From Phoronis australis (Eukaryota; Animalia; Phoronida), in assembly GCA_002633005.1 (NCBI GenBank), contig NMRA01000771.1, positions 62,001-126,000 of the forward strand: DNA of 64,000 nucleotides. Direction: 5' to 3'. The notes beneath the pieces are model-generated. The model made no database searches. It saw nothing but the letters and a program-made list of their open reading frames with translations, and was not told the DNA's origin. Positions 36,001-47,898 of this stretch are shown piece by piece; positions within the stretch are counted from its first letter, which is position 1, and each line of letters starts with the position of its first letter. Both the position numbers and the translations under genes were made by a program.

Positions 36001-39000
36001 ACTAATTTTCATGTAAAGTAGTGATTAGCATGTGTACAGCTGTAGCACAAGTGCCCCATGGATGGGCAGCATCGTGGATCAGTACCACCAAATCGGAACT
36101 ATTCAAAGAGCTTCAGACCACCCACACTTAATTTGGTGACGGTAACTTTGTGGAAGAAAAAAACTTCATTGAAAACACAACCAAACGTCTTGTTTGAAAG
36201 CTTGATACAGAGTCACTTGTTGTGTAAAAAAATCTTCTTTCTTCAGGTTTGCAGCTATGTAGCAAAACAACGAGAGACATAAAAACAAATTAAAATACTA
36301 TCAAGACTGCCTGTCTTATCATCAGGCAATAAGTGGAATGAACATATGCGAAGCGAAATAAACAGTGACATAAATGTGACAACAAGAAGAGGGGCATACA
36401 AGTATAGAATTTGAATGCAATCACAAGTCAACTGAAACAGAGCCGGCGTGTGGTACACACCAGTGAGCTGCTCATTCAACCCAGGTTTTTCATCGACTGA
36501 TCAATAGCGATTCTACAATCTTTAGCCAAAATGTGTCATTTTCAACATGGCGAATGATGGTATTGTCTACTATTTCTTGCCAAGTTATTTTTCAGCCATA
36601 TTGGTGAACAAAATGATCTTGAATGGACCCGCCCTGCAAGTGCATTACAACCGTCGCGAGAAAGAGTCAACGTGGGTCCAATGTTAATTGTTCACGAGAA
36701 TTAGGACAAAGTCATTCGTCCATATGACATGTGAATTGGTAAAAAAACATTACATTTGGCCACTGGTCATGATCTTTCACGACTGGGGTTGTTTTTCATG
36801 ACTTAATGTTCTCATAATAATTTACTACATTCAATCTATCACCACGTTTGACCACCTAAACCTTATCCCTTACAATCTTCTTAAGCACATGCTTGGTATT
36901 CACATAATTATTAGACAAACCGTTCTTATACTAAATATTGTTAGTGGTACTAGGACTACATGGCTACACGCCTGAAGAAAGGAGATTGTTTTGACACTAC
37001 GAACGACTCAGTACCAAGTTTTCAAACAAGAAGTTTAGTCATGTTTTCAATGAAGTTTGTGTTAATGAATGGCTGCTTCTGAACTATATGGAGAAAAAAA
37101 ATGGAGAATTACACCTACCACAAAAAAAATTTGGAGCTGGTGTCAAGAATGTCAACGAGTCATTAGGGGCCATTTATGTCGCCCAATGACTCTAAAATCA
37201 AATACTTTAGTTAGGCTAAAGAAAGAAGTATAATTGATTCTCGCCTGTTTTCTTGGAAATCAATGCAATGTTTTTTAATTGTCTACAGTATATTTTCAAA
37301 ATCTCCTGGTACCAGCTGAAATGGGTGGGGATCCTTCTTTTACATCACTTGCACCAGAGGATGTGACGTCATAACCCCTGGAATGAGCAGTGTAAAAATG
37401 GCCAGTTGCCGCGTGTGCAACTGAATGGAAGGACTGTAGAAGTACTATATTAGTTCAAGCTGGGAGGTGTGGAAAACATCAAAGGCCTCCTAAGGTGTCC
37501 CACAGCACCATATAATGCAAAAGGTAGATATAGCAACATGACTAAGGTGGTTTAATGAGTGTGGAGCATAATTTAAAAAAGCTTCCAGAGTACGGAGGGC
37601 CTATGGGATGGCCACCATCTCTACTGGGGCCAGTTGAGATTGCTGGTCTAGATTTTACTCATGATGGATGGAGCTCAATGAGCCATTAGCAGTGCGTAGA
37701 TATAGGTAGGCAATTACATTGCCTGTGTAGGTCGCAGCCAGGTCTATACGCGACGCCTTAGACAGAGCCAAGGTCTCTACTTAGCAGTTGAGACAGTGAT
37801 ACTCCCATTGGGCCTTCACATGCCCAAAGTTTTTCGGCGAATTAAGCCTCACACATGAATAAACCATCAAAGTCACGTTACCATAAGATACAACATACTC
37901 ATATCCCCTGGCGCGTATACTGTAAAAACAGACAGTTGCCGATTTGGATAACTGAATGAAGGACTGCTCAAAAAAGTTTGTTTACGAGAGTATTGCTTCG
38001 AGTTGGAAGGAATTGAAGACATCGACAGGCTCCTAAGCCAAAAGGTACAAAGGTACTTTTGCCAAAAAGCTTCTGGTGTAAGGTCCTATAATGGGAGCAT
38101 CACCGTTTCAACTGCTTAATACACGAGTATCTTGTTCTAGGTAAGTCTGTGAGTGGTTGGCACTTAAGTCCAGCAATGATCAGATATAGCACCCCCTGCA
38201 TGATTTTGAGAACCATGTTTCATCCACTGAATAATTAATGAGCCCCTTATTAATGGATCGTTATTCAGTGATTGGTTTGTTCTCAAAATCAGGGCCCACT
38301 ATATCTAAGTTCTTACTGTAAAAGATACAGATGCAAGTGTTGTATTGCTGAACAGGTTCACTAGTTATGCCTCACGGAAAGTACTTTAAACAATGTACGG
38401 CCAATCTGTACGGCTGAAAGCCTAAACAACCAGCTTCCACCAAGGTCCAGATTTGGGCAAATTAAAGACCCTACATAACGGCCAAATGACTTTTGAACAT
38501 GTTAAATATCTGTGTCATTGATCGACACAAACATATCATCCCTCCCTTTACTCCTGGCATTAGCTAATTACGTCAATTACTATCGTACGACCCCATCATG
38601 AACCCCATTTAGTGCCGAAAAAAAACTTTAGGTGGCGCTCGTTTTAATCGACGCAAATGACGTCATCGTTGGTATCCAAGACGTATCGAACAGTCCGTTG
38701 CCACAGGAAGCTTACCTTACAGTGTCTGGTGCATATTTCAAGTCACAGATTTTCAAAATTACAACTGTTAGAGACAACCAAGCTCAAATACTATACGACA
38801 CTTATCTCGACACTTCCACGTGCATGTAATATCCTACAACTCACTGTCCCTTGATAGTTTAGCGTCGCCAAAGACAGTAGCGCGTTCTCGGTGGGGACCA
38901 CTTACTCAGTCTAACATCAAATACTTATTCACAAAGACGTCGGGATTTAACGAACAGATTTAACAAACAGGGTCCCTGCATGCATTGGGGGACAGGTTTG

Positions 39001-42000
39001 CAATGAATGGAGATTTGTCGGACCCACGGCGACATCCTGGCGGAATGCGTGTACCGGAGAATTAATTTGTTTGTAGTCGCTCCGTGATAATTACGGGATT
39101 ATGTCGGGGAGTAAGTCGGCGTTACACATCTTAACGAAGCGAAAGGCTCACTCGCAGCACGATGAAAAAGAATGACCCGAGACCTTTCGCACTTGGGTTA
39201 GAAAAGTATAGGCATAATACCTTGCAATGGACGGACGTTCAATGAAAAGTACTGCGAAATGGAAGATTAAGAAAATGAAGAAACAACGTTTGGATGGATT
39301 AGCGCCGTGTATGTTCAAGCCAGAGGAATCCGAGTAAAGTGAAACAGAAGGGGAAACTTACCGGCCAATTGTCACGGAACTCGCTACGGACCGTCATTTG
39401 AAGACAAAGGCATTTTACACAAAGCATACGAAACTTAACCCGTAACCGACGCAGCTAGCTGCACGCCAATTAGAGAGACCTGCAGGAAAATCTAAGTGCG
39501 ATTGAAGTGGAAACAAAATATTGAGCACAAAGGACAAAGTTAGCGCTGCGAATAGGTTGTCATATTTAAACTAGTGTTCAATTTGAAAGACCAATCGCAC
39601 AAGGCATTTTATACCTTGAAGTCAGGGAAATACGCCGTTCACGTCATAGCACAACCCATCGACATGCTGACTGCACACTTTTTTCAGTGCGTGCCTCCAA
39701 AGTGTACCCAAAGCCGTATTGCCTGACGTTCACGTGCGGGGTTTATAAGTGCACCCTTTCCTGATGTTAGATTTCAAAGAATGTGCCACAAAACTCAAGT
39801 TGAATCAGCGCTCATCTTATGGTCACGTGCATTCGAGTATATGCGACACCCAAGCACTTAATCGAGCCAAGCCAGTGCAATATTTTATTTAGAACGGCCG
39901 CCGTACTCTTTTGATGTGCGACTTGGGAGGTGTGCACCTCTACGTTCTCACCGGTGGAGCACGTGATACATTGGCTGATGAGTGACAGATGACTCGACAT
40001 ATATATGTCGCGCGTGCTGTCCCAGAAAAGAGGGCTTGAGAATTTGTTGTCGACTTACTTTTATTCTGATGCAAGACAAGTTGTGACCGTCGTTTGGCAA
40101 GTAACAGCCAAGGGTTGTCATCTTTACGTTTGTTTTTTGCGATAAAAAAGAGACGTATGCTACATTCACCCACACCGTTAATTGACGACATATCTGAGCC
40201 ACGATCGTATAAAATGGTACCGACCATGTCACGGTGATTTATTCCCGAGGATATTGTTAGTGGATAATCAAGACATCTTACGTGAAAAATAAGTATTTTT
40301 TCCACCACAGAGTTCGGTAAGTTTGCCGTAGTCAGATTCAGTACGAAACGTAGCTGTTGTAGGACCTTTTACGTGGGTGCAAATACTTCGAAAATTGGTT
40401 CGTCGTGGGTCGTGAGTGAATTGATGGCAGATCCTATCCGAGATCTACGCCGCTGTTCTGTTCGAAGGGTGTTTTGCCTCACACCATTGTTTTGCTTAGT
40501 AATATTGAATTATCAGTCGACATTGATGCCTAACGTCGGCGATGTCTCTAATTCGTGATGTTCCTTGAGCAAAACTACTTTGTTTTTTACTGTCCCAGCA
40601 GCCGATCAGGTGCTCACTACAGGTTGTGGTTAGCGCGGTAATGTGTTGCTCGTTCTCCACGATGATGTCAATAGGCCAGTCTACTGTGATTCGTGGAGAG
40701 AATAAAAGGGGTTTCTGATGGGGGCACATTAATATGGGGGGCACAAAATCCGTGTGTAGTAATTAGTTAGTGGTTGTGTGGAATAAAACGAAACAAAGAT
40801 ATGTTGCACAAAAGTACATGTATTTAACATATCTAAAAGGCAGTTGGCTCATTTTATAGGGACTTTAAGTTCCCGGGTTTGGCGATGTTTTTATGGTGGT
40901 GTACCATCCGGGAAACTATCACACGGACGAATCACAGGACAGCACAAGACAAGTTCAAGGACCGACGAATGATGTTGACTATTACAATACAACTTGTGTC
41001 ACAAGCTCCAGTAAAACCTATAAGGGTCTCCTAATTTTTAGGCAATTTGATCACCCTGAATCTACCGTCAAAGGCCCTAAAGTCGTGAGGGCCCTAAAGT
41101 CGTGAACAATCTTATTTCCTCTTCTGCGCGGTCCTGCGACATCTGGCGTTGAAGTTTCCAGCGTTCGTCTGCTTACGAACGTCAAACGAATACCCGGACG
41201 TGTTCGTATTAACAATATGATAACAAACAGTGAGTGAGTGGCTTCTTTTTTCAAATGTATCTTAAAAACAGCATATTTCACTAATTCACTTTTTTGGGCA
41301 TTTTTGGGATATATTTTCGAAAATATTTATCGTTCAGATTTACTCAAACACGCGCTCCAGGGGTAGCAATGTATCAAAATGTCCCAGGGTTGATCAAGTT
41401 TTGTAAGGCCAAAACAATAAAATACAGAGCGATAATTGATGCTGGGTTCTTAGCGTTTTACGTGAACAACCTCATTGAAAACGTCTGTGCACATCAAAGT
41501 TGGGTGCAAAACTTATAACAATTTATTTCAATTGAAACTGAATTAATAAACAATGCAATGCATTTTTATGTCATCTAGAGTACACATAGGGTACCTAATT
41601 ATCGGACGGAACCTAAATATCGGACATTTCATAGAATCTTACTTGAAGCATAATCTGAGAATTAAATGACACCAATTTTTGTTCCGTTGTAATGCATTCA
41701 GTGTCCGGCACCGTCTCGTTTTTTACAGCGTTGCCTCGTTTTGATTTCACCGAGAGAGGGTGCAATTTAGACCCCCAAGTCAGCCTAAAATGGACGATCG
41801 CATAAATCGGTTATAAAAGTTGAAAATAAAATCTTTTTCCACAATGAAACCATCTCATTGAACAGAACATATGTCACTGTTCCATTTTTTCGTTTGTTTT
41901 TAAACTCAAGTCAAACCCCGACCGCGCACGTGCGGGTGTCATATCAAGAAGCCTAAGTGATACTAAAAACTGCAGTGAGTTTGCACGTGCTTTATTCGTC

Positions 42001-44365
42001 TGCACTAATTCATTGAAGCGACTTGGCGCCGTCATCACTGAGATTTCATTTCATGGATAATTTTGTTGCGAATGGACCTGGGTTCTAGCAGCATATATGT
42101 CGAAACACTCGAGCTGAAATTTGGCGACAAGGTGCCCGCGGCCATTACGTGGTTAGTCAGTTTTCCGCGGTGTGGCGTATGGAGAAACATGGTGTCCGAT
42201 ATTTAGGTTCTCCGTAGTGTTGTGTTTTTTGAAGATCAGTCGGAACATAAATGTGGCTTTCAGTGACAAGATATACACTCCGAAACCCTATAGTCGTCCG
42301 CCTAAGCATAAAACCGGCTTGTTGTCTTACTCACCCAATTATTCCACTTCAAAGTTGTGATCTGAATAGGACTTGATTTAACTCTCACAAATATATAGTA
42401 TTCGTTGATTCAAACGTTTTCTTTTACTTAAGCCGAGTTGTTCAACTGTGCATTGGTTTTCGGCAGCCATTTTATAATGACACCTATGGTCGTCATGTGC
42501 TGCCGCCTTTTGAAAGGACAGAAAACCACACAGAAAAAGGCCAAGAAAATAGTGGAAAGTGGTTTACAGCAACTCTACTTCAACCACAAACTGTTTTACT
42601 GGTATGATATCGATTTTTAAATCGATTAAAATTGATTTAGAATTTCAGTTCTGGAAAATAAATCACAATTGTTTTATTCCAGGCAGACCTTACTTATTTT
42701 GTATTTGTGACCTCTTTATTTGACTTTTTGCTCTTGTTGTTCTTAACATCACTTATCTCTGCTGTCCTTCTTTTTCTTTTCAGTTTCTCTTCATTCTCTG
42801 TTAACACCTTGTCAGCCAAAACAGAACTGTAAGCCTTTGAGACTTGGTAGGCGGAAGTTGATCATTGAACCTCGATACAATTGTTCTAATAAATTACCCA
42901 TAATTGTATTGTTTGATTTTTTCTCATCTTTAACAGGCTTCTGCATTCATAAATAAATAAATAAATACCCAAGTTGCATTTGAATTTTATTGCTCAATCT
43001 CTTCTTTTATTTTTGATTATGTCATGCTGTGTTGTATGTAACAAATGCAATATAGTGAAATAAAGTCAATGTTTTACTTTATTGGTGGCCATTCTCTATC
43101 AATTCAAGTATTTTAATTTTCTTCAAATAAATTCAAAATGCTTTAACCAAAATTTTCAACATAAATGTTGAGTTCAGTACTGTGTTTTGCAATAAAAAAA
43201 CAAGTGAACAATATTTTGATGACCAAGGCGTGGGCCGAAACTGTTAAGCACCCAGCGTGTTCCATTTGTCTGCTGCGTTTTTCCTTTGGCCTAACAGATG
43301 TCGGTTAGTGCCTGGGACAAATAGATACATTGCATAAACAATCCCTGGGTTGCTTTTTGTTCCGTCTGAAGAAAATTTAATTTCGAAAATATCTTCTGAA
43401 AATGAACAAAAAAGTGCATTAGTAAAATCAACAAGTTTTTAAGTGGTCTCAAAAAAACAGTCGGTAAATGCATTAATTTTAGTCTCAGTTCTTCCACGCG
43501 TGTTTCTCCCGAGAGGTTAGTACCTAACGTGCAGACGAGCGTTCCAAATTGGAACGCTAAGTCCCGCGTGGCAGCGCTGCACGCGAAACAAGATGGCGGA
43601 CGACCTTTGGAGACTGACGACGAGAGGTAATCGGACTATAGTAACAGAACAATTCCGTGAAGGTAAATCTTTATTTCAGCAAAGAATTTACAACAATCCG
43701 TAATGTTTTCAATTAAATATAATGCAAAATGTGCCAAAACGTCCGATAATTAGGTCACTTGACTGTAACTGTACGCACTGTAGTTGACTTGTGAGGTCTT
43801 ACTTCGTGTATTTCCGTCTAACCGAAACGGTCACGACTTTAGGGCCTCATTCAAAATGGCCGCCGATATCAGCGACCGTTTCAAAACTCTGCTTACGGAG
43901 ACAAACAAGGATTAAGATTGTCAAAACACGTATATTTGTGATGGCTGACATATGTCCATGACATCTTATGAGCAGTTGCTAACGGACATTGGGTAGTATG
44001 ACAATCGGCACTTATTATGCTTATATTCACGACTTTAGGTCACCGGTGTGTAAATGTACCGCGGCCAATCGAGGCGCAACGTGTTGCCTACCTTATTTTG
44101 TACTACATGCATCATAACTAGCTAGTACTAACCAAACAAAACAAAACAAAACCATTTCTCACATTAAACTCTTGTACATGCTGGAGTGTATCGGCAGGCC
44201 GTATTCATCTGAACCAGTGTTGTCCGAGTAGACCCACGTTCCACCGACACATCCCGTTTGCTCAAAAGCAATAATTTCATAAATCTGCGGTCTTGACGCT
44301 AGATGACGTAAAGCTACCAAACCAGCGGCGCCACTTCCTACAACTGCTACGCGAATACGTTTCAT
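29419..44365 (-). CDS. FMO: Flavin-containing monooxygenase (class B, soluble FMO GS-OX-like/insect-type), 5 exons, 428 aa: complement(join(29419-30045,34459-34636,35045-35184,35534-35672,44163-44365))
   Basis: GT-AG introns, phases join to 1287 nt. FAD motif GSGAAG, GGTW, SSMY..L.TNLP, FMO fingerprint FSGDVVHSHCYR, NADPH motif GAGPSG, and LCTGY. Confidence 0.93.
30843..32490 (+). mobile_element. Decayed Penelope-like retroelement with an inverted duplication of its 3' part, in FMO intron 4
   Basis: RT remnant FYHQIRGVPMGSLITPFIANIFKEDFE...HLNSLDPSIQFTRELEQDDTLPFLD, with the YxDD segment deleted. GIY-YIG remnant GVIY..CGECTDNYIGETG..LSTR.KDH. Segment 30843-31430 is an inverted copy of 31920-32490. 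Confidence 0.85.
33601..34326 (+). mobile_element. Possible solo LTR
   Basis: TGTGGG...CCCACA termini, CCAAT boxes and ATTAAA. No matching TSD seen. Confidence 0.35.
34459..34636 (-). CDS. FMO: FMO exon 4
   Basis: HFAEPHFPDLPNLGLFSGDVVHSHCYRHPEKFSGKRVVVLGAGPSGIDITLEVSKVASK. Confidence 0.95.
35045..35184 (-). CDS. FMO: FMO exon 3
   Basis: FFTQVEQVKPRVLPGGSTLWDVTTKLVKEPGIPSRCQEFDAIMICN(G). Not in the ORF track. Confidence 0.9.
35534..35672 (-). CDS. FMO: FMO exon 2
   Basis: TNLPKEVMAFPDFPFDKSLPSFVGHKDVLKYLEDYTSHYSLMKYIQ. Confidence 0.95.
41581..43767. mobile_element. Middle TA-flanked MITE of the triple nest
   Basis: Left TACACATAGGGTACCTAATTATCGGAC, right reverse complement TACAGTCAAGTGACCTAATTATCGGAC. 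Confidence 0.7.
42274..43638. mobile_element. Family A copy 3 (innermost of the nest)
   Basis: Alignable end to end with 4082-5387. Confidence 0.8.
44163..44365 (-). CDS. FMO: FMO exon 1
   Basis: MKRIRVAVVGSGAAGLVALRHLASRPQIYEIIAFEQTGCVGGTWVYSDNTGSDEYGLPIHSSMYKSL; GTGAGA donor at 44162. Confidence 0.93.
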
Positions 44366-46319
44366 GGCAGGTTGATGTTGCAGGAGTCGCAAAAATCCCA
44401 AGGTGTTGAACTCGACCACCACCTTTTACTATGTAAGCTAGCGAACCCTTACGTGTTGCCAGCCGACTAGAGTGACATCTTTCGTGAGGAGATATGTTGA
44501 CACAAAAACCCTCATCCTAAGGAACCCATATAATACTGTTCGGGGCGCGCGGGCTGGGAAGGGGGGAGGGGGGGGGTCGGTTGCTTTAGAGGCAGTACAT
44601 GTCTGGATTTGCAACGGAAGTGGCTTTTGGAGGTGGTGGCTGATGCTGATGATGTAACGACGTCGGTGTACGACGTATAAAAACCAACTGAATGATATAA
44701 GAGTTATATTAACCAAAGTAGGCTATTCGGCATTGAAGCAAACGACATCCAAGTGACTAAAACACATACAAGAAAACTATTTATACACGCTAAGGATATA
44801 CGTCATAGCGACACGTGATTAACAGTCATACATTTAAGTGCTACCGCAAACATCTGGTAGAAATTCAATACATGACAGATCGGAGAGGAGCACTGGTCCC
44901 GGGGTTGTTTTGAGAGCAGACCGTTCAAACTGAGCTTCAGTCGGTATGTTTTCGGGGTTATTTGTCGCAACATATATAGCAGTCTTGGTAAAATCTTCAA
45001 ATGTCTTGGAAAAGTCTTCAAATGAATTTTAATTCAGTTGACTTAAAAGCCAAAAATGTAAAAACACCAAAGAGTTATAACTGGTATAATACCCTTTGCA
45101 TGAGTTGGAGACATTAATTATCGTAAAGTGTTTTTCAAAGTCGGCTCATGAGCACACACTCGTCGGTAATGGTGGGGCTCTTACATTTAGCCTACAGTCA
45201 ACGAAATAAAGGAAATTCAGCAGGGGCGGATCTACGTTTTCAGTAAGGGGGGGGGGTTTAGGATTCCCGCAAAGGTCGAATCCGAGGCACGTGGCGCCGA
45301 GAGGGGGGAGGTCGGGAGGGGGGTTTCCCCCTCCGTGTAAGACCATTTTTTTGTTTTGTAGCCAAATAGTGAAATTTCCATGCATCCTGGTAAGTTTCTG
45401 GCACTAATATCATGTCTCTTGAGTTTTTCTTAAGATAATTTAAAACCCTTCTCGATTTCGTCGCATGAACGTGGCTCACAAGTTTCGTGAATCCATATTT
45501 GTGCACATCTGGGTATGAATCACGCCACCAGCAAAAATTTTTGTTGGAAAATCTGCTTATACACACCTTTTTAGCATACGAAAAGTCGTATATGAAAAAG
45601 TGTGGTGTGTGTGGGGGGTTAGACAACTACCAAATATTCAAGAGCATAAGGAGCACCCGACGGGGAGTAAAACATTGAATATCAGATGATCGCGTAACAG
45701 CAGCCTTAAGTTGTTTAAGAACGAAGACCTGTACTGTTAGTCTGGAAATAAGCATGTGTTCTGTCTAATTATGAGAAAAACTGGCAAACGATGGTGCTCT
45801 CAGCTCATAGTATATTATTAAAAGCGACAATAAACAATTAGGTATCACTTCATTAAGCTGAATCACGTTGACCACAATTGAAAAACGTCAAATGTATCTG
45901 GAAACGAATCAGCTGAAAACAGTTTCAAGAAACCAAAACATTCTGTACATCGTGGTGAAAATATAAACAGGACCAGTTCGCAGAGGGACCAGATGTACAC
46001 TGAGAGTACACAAAAAGGCCTGGTCCGTCACGAGACCAAAAGTACACCTGTGCTTATTATCCCTATAAACATAGTTGATCTGTGGCGGGACCAAACAGTA
46101 CTGGCTGAGATAGATAGTTTTACAAAGCACACTTTGGTAAAAAAACATCACAAGACTAGTTCGCCGAGGAACCAGAAGTACACTGAAACTCACTATCTAC
46201 ACAAATCAAGCTGGCCTGGTCCCTCGCGAGACCTAAAGTGTACTATGCAAAAAAGTTTGAATTGAAAACTTCTCTCTAGACACTTTTTAATGCCCAGTGG
46301 TTGCTCATACATGTATTTT

Positions 46320-47110
46320 ATACATCTGGTCGTCAACTGCTGCGAGAGGTTGTCTAGGAAGGGTTTTCGCACCGCTCTGTAGTACTCACTGGAAGAAACA
46401 AGTATTGAGAACAAATTTAACTACGCACTACGTGAAATCAATTTTGGATATGAAGCAGATAGAGCCAAGTGGAAATACAAACCAGAATCAGTTTTTGTGC
46501 GCTCGTAGACCCTCTGCTGTATTGGGTAAATTTGGCATGACCAAAAATAATTTCTATTTCGTTTTCATTGTACACAAGTATAAAAACCGACATTATGTAC
46601 AAACTGTGTAGAATCATAACTTATTACGTAGGTATTTCTCCAGGAACGTTAGTCCTATCCTGCTGTTGTGTGGACTGCCGAGGAATCGGTATATCGGATC
46701 CAATGGTTTGCTGCTCTTGGAACCATTCTACCCAGACATCTTCGACGTTTGTTCCCAACGCTTGCACTTCGTCAACTGCTGTGTCAATGAGCTTGTACGC
46801 CTCTACAATGTCAGCATCTCGTTTCGCAGCTCAGTTGGCACTAAGCCCCCTGAGGTTACCAAGTCCATTCAAAAGACTTACAGCATGCGCAACTAAATTT
46901 GATCCGTTCCTCATGGACTACTTCAAACCTTGACGATGTATCCCAGGACCCATTTGCATCTCGTGCAATTTTCGAAATAAACGTCCCAGTGTCTGAACGC
47001 TGGAAACCCGAAGTACAAACATCAAATAAATGCCCATGAGCATGGGCGTTTCGTCGGTTGGGCCTTTCTGCGGAAATTCCCAGTATAGAAAACGGCAGTG
47101 GTGCTTATTG
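46320..47110 (-). pseudogene. hAT transposase fossil (THAP12/PRKRIR-ZMYM1-like group)
   Basis: Minus strand LRGLSAN*AAKRDADIVEAYKLIDTAVDEV...VEWFQE...IPRQSTQQQDRTNVPGEIPT and, after an insertion of about 230 bp, EYYRAVRKPFLDNLSQQLTTR. Contains stops and frameshifts. Confidence 0.7.
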
Positions 47111-47179
47111 CAGGTAGAAAGACGGTAGGTGTTGAGGTCGGCACTAGGGCTCCTTAGGAGGCCCATTGAACATCGCACG

Positions 47180-47549
47180 AGTCCCGCAAGACTTTGTTGT
47201 GAAAATACAGGCTCCCCGCAATTTCTGGTACTGCAAACTGTTCGCGAATGCGGTCACTTTGTCAATGTGAGTGCCCCCTTGGTCATTTCTTGTATAGACA
47301 AAACTTGTTAGAGTGCATCTTCAAACAGACTCGCGACCAGACCACGGCGCCCGCCACAATAGCAANGTCCCGCAAGACTTTGTTGTGAAAATACAGGCTC
47401 CCCGCAATTTCTGGTACTGTAAACTGTTCGCGAATGCGGTCACAATGCGGTTGAGTGCCCCCTTGGTCATTCCTTGTATAGACAAAACTTGTTAGAGTGC
47501 ATCTTCAAACAGACTCGCGACCAGACCACGGCGCCCGCCACAATAGCAA
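47180..47549. repeat. About 186-bp direct tandem duplication joined at a single N
   Basis: GTCCCGCAAGACTTTGTTGTG...CCACAATAGCAA occurs twice, either side of N47366. Probably a contig-join artefact. Confidence 0.7.
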
Positions 47550-47898
47550 TTCTTCGGAAAACGAGTTTTTTTCAAAAGTATTACATGTACATGTACACCG
47601 TATGATATTGCGCAAGACAACTTTACTGTACACCACTCAAATTCGAGTTTCAAACGTGTGGGGTGTAATACGATGACAAGGCATGGCAGAATAGAATTCA
47701 TGAAGTCATTAGTTTCACTCATAAGGCCGCAAGAATAGACGAAACAGAATCGACTAAACAGCATTGAATTCAGTAAAAATATACAAAACAGCATTGAGTT
47801 CACGATATGGAATCGACGAATGCACAAGATAGGATTGAATTGTCATACAGTTGGCAAAAGGAGTTCATTAAATGGAATTGAATACACATTTTGATGTT

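Larger units (their letters stand above)
41063..44052. mobile_element. Outer TA-flanked MITE of a triple nest in FMO intron 1
   Basis: Left TACCGTCAAAGGCCCTAAAGTCGTGA with the motif doubled. Right reverse complement TACACACCGGTGACCTAAAGTCGTGA. An extra internal motif copy lies near 43832. Confidence 0.6.

Noticed and set aside
44366-44422. N-terminal extension of FMO shown in the ORF track
   Set aside because: It begins at GTG with an in-frame stop just upstream. Family similarity starts at ATG 44365.
45960-46250. Degenerate ACCArAAGTACAC repeats with overlapping ORFs of about 90 aa
   Set aside because: Decayed minisatellite-like sequence; the ORFs carry no recognisable motifs.
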